Assembly: GCA_963706575.1 (NCBI GenBank)
Contig: CAVPNL010000004.1
Location: 480,001 to 544,000, forward strand
DNA from: an uncultured delta proteobacterium
GTDB lineage: Bacteria > Desulfobacterota > Desulfobacteria > Desulfobacterales > JAHEIW01
Length of the DNA stretch: 64,000 bases
Direction: 5' to 3'
In this document: positions 56,870 through 64,000 of the stretch, one piece after another
Layout: the number at the start of each line of letters is the position of its first letter
How positions within the stretch are numbered: the first letter of the stretch is position 1
Notes under the pieces: generated by a model
What the model was told of the DNA's origin: nothing
The model's database searches: none
What the model saw: only the letters and a program-made list of their open reading frames with translations
Made by a program: the position numbers and the translations under genes

Positions 56870-57298
56870 TTATTCCGGCTGAATTAACCGATCCAGGATA
56901 AATCCGTGGAAGCTGTCTCCGCTGCCGGCGATAAAGACCCAGCCCAAATGCGTCAGGCACATGGTACAAAAACTAACCCGCCAGGCATAGCCGCTAAACC
57001 AGGTAAATTCCGTCGAAGGCGGCCCGGCATAGCCGCACCCCTGTGCATATTTATAGCAGCCAATTTCAAAAACGATTCCATGGGGATTGGCGAAGGTGTG
57101 ATGATGCGCGCCCTGGACGGAAATGCGCTCTGCCGGCCGGGTAATGGCCTGGTGGCATTGGCGGCAGAGGATGAGTTCCTCTTCTTCGGGAGCGGGTTCC
57201 TCGGCTTCTTCTTCGATCAGCTCCGGAGCATCCTCGCCGCTTTTTTTGCCGGGCTGCTCGCGAAATAAAGGTGTATCAACAATCTCTACCGTTTCCAT
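56870..57298 (-). CDS. cereblon-family (CULT domain) protein
   Basis: CRQC...FANPHG...FTWFSGYAW...CTMC..HLGW. Confidence 0.9.
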   Translation of the reverse strand: METVEIVDTPLFREQPGKKSGEDAPELIEEEAEEPAPEEEELILCRQCHQAITRPAERISVQGAHHHTFANPHGIVFEIGCYKYAQGCGYAGPPSTEFTWFSGYAWRVSFCTMCLTHLGWVFIAGSGDSFHGFILDRLIQPE

Positions 57299-57329
57299 TT
57301 TCCCCGCCCTGTATTCAGGGAATATTCAT

Positions 57330-59087
57330 TTACCCTTTAAACAGCGACTTTTTGAGCACCGCTTTATTGTACGCACCGATAATGTCCCGCCGACTGACCA
57401 CGCCTTCCAGTTTATTGGGCTCCTGCGCAGAAACAACCGGCAAAACCGCAAAATCTTTGGCACTGATCTTTTCCAGCGCCGTCCACAGATTGTCGTCCAT
57501 GGAAATCGTCACCAGATCGGTGGTGGCCAGATCCCTGGCCACCACCAAATCTTTGAGATGTTCGTCAAAAATGGCTTCGTTATAGTCATTAAAAGAAAGG
57601 ATGCCGATCAGCTGATTTTGCGCATTGAGTACCGGAAAGCTGTTAAACTTGCTTTTGGATATCACCTCGGCCATTTGCTCCAGCGGCAATGCTTCGTCAA
57701 TGGTTTCAACATTCGGATTCATCACATCTTTTACAAACATTGATTTTAAAACATTGACCTCTTTGCCTTCTTTGATATCGATGCCGCGTCTGACCAATTT
57801 CAAGGTATAAATTGAATCCCTCAGCAGCTGTCCGCTGGCGATTGCAGCTATAATGCATGAGAGCATAAGCGGAAGAATGATTTTATAATCACCGGTCATC
57901 TCAAACAAAATTAAAATAGCGGCCAGCGGACCATGGGTGGTGGCGGCCACCACCGCCCCCATGCCGACGATGCTGTAAGCCCCGGGAGATGCGGTGATGC
58001 TGGGGAACAATTGATGAACCACGGCCCCGAAGACCCCCCCGGCCATGGCCCCCAGAAAAAGCGATGGGGCAAAAATTCCGCCGGAACCGCCTGAGCCGAT
58101 GGTAATGGATGTGGCCAAAATTTTGGCCGGCACCAGAACCAGCAAAAGCCACCAGGCCATCTGCTGCATCAGCGCCATGTCAATGGCTCCATATCCGACG
58201 CCCAGAATCTGCGGAAAAACCAGCGAAGCGACCCCCAGAAACAGTCCGCCGATAATTCCCTTGAGATACTCGGGAAATTTAATCTCGTCAAATAAATCCT
58301 CGATTCGATACAGGGTTTTGGTGAAAGTGATCCCGACCAGCGCACAAAAAAGACCCAGAAACAGATACATGGGAAGCTCCCAGGCGCTGACCAGTTCATA
58401 AACCGGAACGATAAAGGCCGGTGTATCCCCCAGATAGGCCCGCGAAACAGCGGTGGCAACAACGGAACTGATCACAATCGGGCTAAATGTGGCCAGACCG
58501 AAATCACCGAGAATAATTTCCAGGGCAAACATGGAGCCGGCGATGGGGGCGTTAAACGTTGCGGCAATGCCGGCGGCAGCCCCGCAGCCGACCAGAATAC
58601 GCATTCGATCGGCCGAAACTTTCATAAACTGGCCCAGTGCTGATCCGATGGCAGAGCCAATTTGAACGATCGGACCCTCGCGGCCCACCGAACCGCCCGT
58701 ACTGATACTGATGGCGGAAGCCAGTGTTTTGACCACCACAACCCGCTTTCTGATCACACCACCCTTAATCGCTACCGATTCCATAACCTCCGGTACGCCA
58801 TGTCCTTTGGCCTCCCGGGCAAAAAAATAAACCAGCGGCCCCACAATCAGGCCGCCGATTACCGGAATCGTCACACGATAATACCATGGCAGATTGACCA
58901 CCAGTTGCAGCAAATCGTTCTCACCGCCGTAAGCCAGCGTCTGAAAAATGCTGATCAGATGCCGAAAACCAACGGCGCCGAAACCGCCTGCCGCACCCAC
59001 AATGACGGCCAGTATCACCATAATCGTATGCTCATTGGCCCGGATCTGTTTTAGATTTGAAAATTTTTCAAAAAACTGAGTTTTCAT
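57330..59087 (-). CDS. ClC-family chloride channel/antiporter with CBS pair
   Basis: GHGVPE, GREGP, GIFAP, FNAP; C-terminal CBS domains. Confidence 0.95.
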   Translation of the reverse strand: MKTQFFEKFSNLKQIRANEHTIMVILAVIVGAAGGFGAVGFRHLISIFQTLAYGGENDLLQLVVNLPWYYRVTIPVIGGLIVGPLVYFFAREAKGHGVPEVMESVAIKGGVIRKRVVVVKTLASAISISTGGSVGREGPIVQIGSAIGSALGQFMKVSADRMRILVGCGAAAGIAATFNAPIAGSMFALEIILGDFGLATFSPIVISSVVATAVSRAYLGDTPAFIVPVYELVSAWELPMYLFLGLFCALVGITFTKTLYRIEDLFDEIKFPEYLKGIIGGLFLGVASLVFPQILGVGYGAIDMALMQQMAWWLLLVLVPAKILATSITIGSGGSGGIFAPSLFLGAMAGGVFGAVVHQLFPSITASPGAYSIVGMGAVVAATTHGPLAAILILFEMTGDYKIILPLMLSCIIAAIASGQLLRDSIYTLKLVRRGIDIKEGKEVNVLKSMFVKDVMNPNVETIDEALPLEQMAEVISKSKFNSFPVLNAQNQLIGILSFNDYNEAIFDEHLKDLVVARDLATTDLVTISMDDNLWTALEKISAKDFAVLPVVSAQEPNKLEGVVSRRDIIGAYNKAVLKKSLFKG

Positions 59088-59439
59088 CGATTGTTTTTCC
59101 GATTTAAATTCTTGTAAATTATGAGAATACGGTTATCCTCAGATGCGCTTAAACTCTTAGTGCTTGAAAATATTTGTGATTTTTATATATGCCGCCAGAC
59201 GGAAGTGTCAAGGGATAAATCCCCGAGGCAGATCGAAGCTAATCATCTACCGAATTTAGATAATATTTTATAATTTTATTTTGGGATTGACGCCATGCTC
59301 AAAATCCGGTAGATGATTGTTTTTTAATCATAACGATGCCTTGACATCAAAGAAAAAATACATATATTTCCAGCAAAAAGAGTGACATAGATAGTTAACT
59401 ACCTGATATCTCTTTTAATTCAATTTCAGGAGGACAAAT

Positions 59440-59679
59440 ATGCCGTTTTACGAGTTCCAGTGCCCGGAAGGCACAATAACCGAACGCCTGGTCCCGATCG
59501 GTACCGCGCATATCAAATGCCCCAAATGTAACAAGCGGGCCAAAAAGATTTTATCGGCCTGCTCTTTCAAACTGGTCGGGGGCGGATGGTATGCTGATGG
59601 ATATTCTTCAGCGAAAACGGGCTCCAAAAAAACGTCTACCAAAAGTGCTAAAAAGGAAACGAAAACCAAAGAAGCGTGA
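59440..59679 (+). CDS. FmdB-family zinc-ribbon protein
   Basis: MPFYEFQC...CPKC...FKLVGGGWYADGY; AGGAGG RBS. Confidence 0.85.
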   Translation: MPFYEFQCPEGTITERLVPIGTAHIKCPKCNKRAKKILSACSFKLVGGGWYADGYSSAKTGSKKTSTKSAKKETKTKEA

Positions 59680-59785
59680 TCCGGGGTTCGTTTGACGTCG
59701 GTACAAATCCGGCATAAGAATGCGTTACCCAATAGCTTCAGTGAAAGCTGCACAACAGACTTCGCCTTTCAACAAATACCAGTGT

Positions 59786-59812
59786 CCCCCCTGTGGTCAT
59801 GCTACAGGGGGG
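59786..59812 (+). terminator. hairpin, probable terminator
   Basis: cccccctgt-ggtcatgct-acagggggg followed by ttgttattt. Confidence 0.6.
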
Positions 59813-59958
59813 TTGTTATTTGCTGCTTGTCAATCATCAATTCAGACATCAATTCGGATCTTTTGGCTGCTGCCATCCCCATCCGAACCGGCAAGATTAT
59901 TTTCTTTCTATTCATTACCGTTCACCGGGTGACCCAATCGCAATGCAAGAGGTAAATT

Positions 59959-61479
59959 GTGGAATCAAAATGTGAATATTCAAGCATGCAAATCCCCGCT
60001 GATCCGAAATATGCAACCGCAGCTGCCGGCTATGTATGCGAAATCGCCCGTACGATCGGAATGCCAAAGCAGGACCTAAAATCTCTTGAAAAAGGCATGA
60101 TCGAAGCCATCAACGCCCTGATCGAGTATTCCTTCGAACCCGATGAAAAAGGTATCCTGGAGGTATCTTGTGAACGCGTCCCTGAAGGTTTTAAGGTGAG
60201 CCTGCGGGATAAAGGGCTACCTTTTGGAACCGTAGCGGCAGAATTATCCGTCAGCGAGGGTCAGGTTGACGATATTCCCGGAATGGCGGAACCGATTTCC
60301 CACCTCAAGGAATATCTCGATGAAATTCGGCTCCACAATCTGGGCCCGGAAGGCAAGGAACTGGTTTTAATAAAGCACCTCAAAAATAAAAATATCACTG
60401 ACTATTACGCCGCCTGCGACCTGGAGCCATATGAATCTTCGGCAACACCCATAGCCTTATCCGAGGATCAAACAAAATGCCGCATCCGGCGCATGAAGCC
60501 GGACGATGCTGCCGAAATATCAAAAACCATATATAAAACCTATGGCTATACCTATCCCCATGACTATGTCTATTATCCTGAAAAAATTATCGCTCTGAAT
60601 GAAAGCGGCCGGGTTTTCTCCGCCGTGGCTATTGCCGGAGATGAAGAAATTGCCGGTTACGGCGTCTTTCAAATCTGGGAAGAAAACCCTAAAATCGTTG
60701 AAATGGCCCAGGGCGTCGTCAAACCGGAATTTCGCTCTCTGGGGTGTTTCGGCAATATTACCCAATATCTGATAGATGAGGTAAAATCCCGGGGCATCCA
60801 GGGCGCCTTCGGCGAGGCGGTTACCAACCACACGGTATCGCAACATACGGTTCACGGTTTCGGTTTCAAAGACTGCGGCTTGAGACTCGGCGCGGTACCG
60901 CCGAACATCGTGTTTAAAGGGATGACAGGTAAAATCCCTCATAAGGTGAGCTTGCTGGTGCAATTTTTGTATCTGCAACAGATGCCGGCGCACGCGCTCA
61001 AGGTCTATGCGCCGGATCATCACAAAGACATGATCGCCGCGCTATACAAAGAAATGGGTATTCGACCTGAGATTAAAACGGCGGTCCCGGCGAAAACAAA
61101 AAAGGCCGCAGCCACATCGATTGTTAAAATATGGCAGATCGCATCAATGAGTTATGCCCGCATGATCATTGAACGCTATGGTCGCAACATCGCCAGTGAG
61201 TTAAGAAACAAAGTAAAAGAAATTTGCCGGCAAAAAACCGAAATTATAAATCTTTTCTTAAACCTGTCCGATCCGCTAACCGGCACATATGCGTTGCAAT
61301 TTGAAACGCTGGGATTTTTCTTTGCCGGCATATTACCGGGCGGGTTCAAGAATGGAGATGCCTTGATTCTGCAGTATTTAAACAATGTGCCGATCGATTA
61401 TGACGCCATTCAGGTCGAATCCGCCATTGCCCAAAGACTGCTGGCCTATGTGCGCGCACAGGATCCGAATTTAAATTAG
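59959..61479 (+). CDS. RsbW-like HATPase + GNAT-fold fusion protein
   Basis: N-terminal EAINALIEYS...RDKGLPF...DEIRLHNLGPEGKE; then YGYTY, VVKPEFRSLG, GFFFAGILPG. Confidence 0.75.
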   Translation: MESKCEYSSMQIPADPKYATAAAGYVCEIARTIGMPKQDLKSLEKGMIEAINALIEYSFEPDEKGILEVSCERVPEGFKVSLRDKGLPFGTVAAELSVSEGQVDDIPGMAEPISHLKEYLDEIRLHNLGPEGKELVLIKHLKNKNITDYYAACDLEPYESSATPIALSEDQTKCRIRRMKPDDAAEISKTIYKTYGYTYPHDYVYYPEKIIALNESGRVFSAVAIAGDEEIAGYGVFQIWEENPKIVEMAQGVVKPEFRSLGCFGNITQYLIDEVKSRGIQGAFGEAVTNHTVSQHTVHGFGFKDCGLRLGAVPPNIVFKGMTGKIPHKVSLLVQFLYLQQMPAHALKVYAPDHHKDMIAALYKEMGIRPEIKTAVPAKTKKAAATSIVKIWQIASMSYARMIIERYGRNIASELRNKVKEICRQKTEIINLFLNLSDPLTGTYALQFETLGFFFAGILPGGFKNGDALILQYLNNVPIDYDAIQVESAIAQRLLAYVRAQDPNLN

Positions 61480-61542
61480 CCACGGACCCTTCTTCGCTCT
61501 GTCGAGCTACGCCGCGGCAGGCCCACACATAAAGACACGGAC
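61474..61542 (+). repeat. solo CACAGAC-family arm interrupted by a ~34-nt insert
   Basis: aattagccacggac [ccttcttcgctctgtcgagctacgccgcggcagg] cccacacataaagacacggac; compare 44078-44111. Confidence 0.75.
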
Positions 61543-61578
61543 ATTTCCTTTTATCGACAAAATAATAAGGCAGACGGG

Positions 61579-61640
61579 TCATGACGCAAAAGGACAATTC
61601 ATGATTGCAGGAGGGCAACTCATGACGGAAAAGGACAAAT
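61579..61640. promoter_or_regulatory. three imperfect direct repeats with 20-21 bp period; candidate LytTR operators
   Basis: tcatgacgcaaaaggacaat / tcatgattgcaggagggcaac / tcatgacggaaaaggacaaat. Confidence 0.65.
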
Positions 61641-61723
61641 AAAAAAGGTTCAGGGTTGAAGCTTCAAGGTGAATGAAAAGAAATTCTTTAAAATCTTGAA
61701 AATAAAATGGAGGATCGGACGGG

Positions 61724-62077
61724 ATGATGGATGCTATCGTAAGAAGACTGCCGGTGAAAGGAAAAGATGGTTCAATCGATCTGATCGAAATCGAGGGAAT
61801 TTTTTATCTCGAAGCCAAGGGACATGATACGCTGATTCGAACCAGGCGAAAAAAACCTTATGAATCCGTACAGCGGATACAGGAGCTTGCCAAAAAGCTG
61901 CCGGCACCGGCGTTTGTGCGTTGCCATCGGGAATACATTGTCAATTTGAACCGGGCCCGTTCTCTCACGCCTCGCAAATCAAAAGACTACGATCTCCGCC
62001 TGGACCCTCCTGTCAACCGCCGTATCCCAATCGCCCGCGACCGGCTGGAGAAGGTTCGCCGCATTCTTGGAGTTTAA
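61724..62077 (+). CDS. stand-alone LytTR DNA-binding-domain protein
   Basis: IFYLEA, FVRCHREYIVNL, IPIAR; 117 aa with no REC domain. Confidence 0.9.
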   Translation: MMDAIVRRLPVKGKDGSIDLIEIEGIFYLEAKGHDTLIRTRRKKPYESVQRIQELAKKLPAPAFVRCHREYIVNLNRARSLTPRKSKDYDLRLDPPVNRRIPIARDRLEKVRRILGV

Positions 62078-62598
62078 GTGCCACTATATAAAGAAACCAT
62101 TAGATAGAATTGCAGTAGTCAGAATTTTATCTGACATAATTTGTTTAGAACTCGCCATCAAATCGGGCATCGGCTAAATTTCAAAACTATTTCAGCATAA
62201 TTGAAAGTCATACATTCATGTGATACTCCTACATATCTGTAGTTTAGGGAAATTTGTGATATTTTATAATATCACAGGTTTTCAAAGAGCTGGTTTTTTG
62301 CCGATTATCTCAATGTATCAGTACCTGACCAATATTTAATTATATTGCAACTGATGTAATCCCTTCGCAACGATTTATTTAGTTATTAAAACTGACTGTA
62401 TCGAGTATTTAATTGTGGAAGAAATGAGTCACTTTTGTTGACTTTTTTTCACAATATTAGTCCATGAAACATCTTTCATTTCGATTAACCATCTGAAATT
62501 AAACTATTTCTGGTTTCGAATAAAGACTTGCATAATTTTTGCAAAAATGAAACTATCGAATTTTATTGGTCAAATATATAAGATTGTCGGAGGAAATT

Positions 62599-63354
62599 AT
62601 GAATTGGAGGATTCCAAAAGGAAAATTTGGGCAACAAATCTCTATAAAAAACTTACTTGTGGTCCTTATAGTAGGCTTTGTTACAATTGTAGGGATTGGA
62701 ATATCCGGTTTATTAGCCAATGAGGACAATACTGAAAACAATTCTGATTTTAGTTACCAAAATGCGGCCCAGGCGCAGCATGCGCATAACTTAGCCTTAC
62801 AGGCGACACTGCAAAACCCTAAAGTAACCGAGGCCATTGCGCTTGCAAAAATCAGCAAAGACCCCCAGGATATTCAAACCGCAAAGCAATTGTTTCATAA
62901 TGAAATGGATAAGCTCAGCAAGCAAATTGCAAATATGCGAGCATCGGATATGGGTTGGGGAAATATTGCCAAGCAATTGAATGTGCATCCTTCCTATTTA
63001 GGAAAGAGACAATCTATGGTTTTTGCTAAAAATGATATTTTTTATAAAAATCACCAGCTTGCCAAAACTAATACCAAGGTAGCGAATACCAGGAGCCGTA
63101 AAGGAAAAAATACAAAGGGGCATTATGGTCGTGACTCAAAATCAAAGAGTAAAAGTTTAGGCCTGTCCCATACCGGAAATCTTGGTCATAGCAAGGGCCG
63201 GGGACTTGCCTTGGGACATAGTAAAGGCGCAGGTAACAGCACTCTCGGCGGTAATAGCGCTGGTCATGGCAGCGGTCACGGAAACGGTCATGGTGGTGGC
63301 CATGGCGGCGGTCATGGCGGCGGTCATGGTGGCGGCAACGGAAGCGGTAAATAG
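62599..63354 (+). CDS. membrane-anchored/exported hypothetical protein with Gly/His-rich tail
   Basis: GGAGG before ATG 62599; N-terminal TM helix; MGWGNIAKQLNVHPS; GGGH repeats. Confidence 0.75.
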   Translation: MNWRIPKGKFGQQISIKNLLVVLIVGFVTIVGIGISGLLANEDNTENNSDFSYQNAAQAQHAHNLALQATLQNPKVTEAIALAKISKDPQDIQTAKQLFHNEMDKLSKQIANMRASDMGWGNIAKQLNVHPSYLGKRQSMVFAKNDIFYKNHQLAKTNTKVANTRSRKGKNTKGHYGRDSKSKSKSLGLSHTGNLGHSKGRGLALGHSKGAGNSTLGGNSAGHGSGHGNGHGGGHGGGHGGGHGGGNGSGK

Positions 63355-63565
63355 AATAATAATTCGATACTTGCTTTACTCCAACTAATCAAAGGTTTTT
63401 AGCGCTACAAAAATGTTGTGATATTCTGACATATCTGCAATTTTAGCAAACCACAGATTATCTCAATGTATCGGTACTTCAGTGATATTTGGTTTTCTGG
63501 AAAAAAATCCAAAATCATGTTATTCTTTGGGATCAATAAAGCTTTTAAACTAAAAGAGACCACCG

Positions 63566-64000
63566 TTGAAAATAATCCGAAAAATATCAAAAACTGCTGC
63601 TATTTTTTTAGCTTTCCATATGCTTATGTTGTCATGCCCTTATCAACCTGTATGGGCAGCAATGATAGGCACAGAATCAATCATAAATGTAGATCGAGGC
63701 CAAGGCCCACGTGACTATTTAAACAACATTTTAGCGCGTGAAGAAATTCAGGCGATATTGATATTGCAAGGCATTGATCCGCAAGAGGCACAGGTCCGGA
63801 TTGATAATCTATCTGACGATGAGATCAGTAAATTCGTTCATGAGATGGATCAGCTTCCTGCCGGAGGTGGTTTTTTCGAGACTTTGATTATAGTTGTATT
63901 TTTAATATTTTTGATACTTTTGGCGACTGATATCTCAGGCTATACTGACGTTTTCCCTTTTGTTAAAAAAACTGCTTCAAAAAAAATAACTCGGGATGAA
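63566..64000 (+). CDS. PA2779-like exported/membrane protein (3' end outside window)
   Basis: manual translation from TTG 63566: ...VWAAMIGTE...QGIDPQEAQVRIDNLSDDEI...DQLPAGG...LLATDISGYTDVFPFV; frame open to the window end. Confidence 0.75.
   Translation, partial: MKIIRKISKTAAIFLAFHMLMLSCPYQPVWAAMIGTESIINVDRGQGPRDYLNNILAREEIQAILILQGIDPQEAQVRIDNLSDDEISKFVHEMDQLPAGGGFFETLIIVVFLIFLILLATDISGYTDVFPFVKKTASKKITRDE

Noticed and set aside
56697..56969. Small ORFs over repeat elements (also 39004-39198, 31555-31737, 18870-19088)
   Set aside because: These are low-complexity translations of the tandem arrays, with no independent coding evidence.
62528..62543. Sigma-54 promoter (also minus strand 44775-44790)
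   Set aside because: TTGCATAATTTTTGCA and ATGCACAATTTTTGCA have the right spacing but lack the invariant -24 GG.
63272..63340. 12-nt tandem repeat
   Set aside because: It simply encodes the GGGH peptide repeat with synonymous variation and is not part of the inverted-array family.

Overview
This window looks like chromosomal DNA from a sulfate-reducing deltaproteobacterium (Desulfobacterales-like; inferred from the Hmc operon and gene content). It holds pta-ackA, a ~18 kb glycolysis / compatible-solute cluster (gpmI, two gap, pgk, fba, pfk, GT4, GH13_18 phosphorylase, phosphohexomutase, pyk, glycerate kinase, pgi), PFOR and fumarase, an rrf2-hmcABCDEF operon, Hsp20, pntAB, a sirtuin, an SBP/PAS/V4R/hybrid-kinase signalling cluster, an RND pump, a cereblon-like protein, a ClC-CBS channel, a LytTR protein and small exported proteins. 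I saw no rRNA, tRNA, CRISPR array or transposase. The most striking unexplained structure is about 20 mostly intergenic elements built from short degenerate tandem repeats (7-, 8-, 9- and 10-mers of several unrelated unit sequences), usually arranged as two inverted arms. One heptamer (ATTGCGG) pair brackets an AT-rich four-helix-bundle (IVS/Avd-like) gene inserted between pta and ackA. Near-identical gene-less versions sit between other operon genes, solo arms often start at stop codons, and one array lies in-frame inside a receiver domain. Four genes carry single-base frameshifts that are probably sequencing indels. All family calls come from reading motifs, not from database searches.
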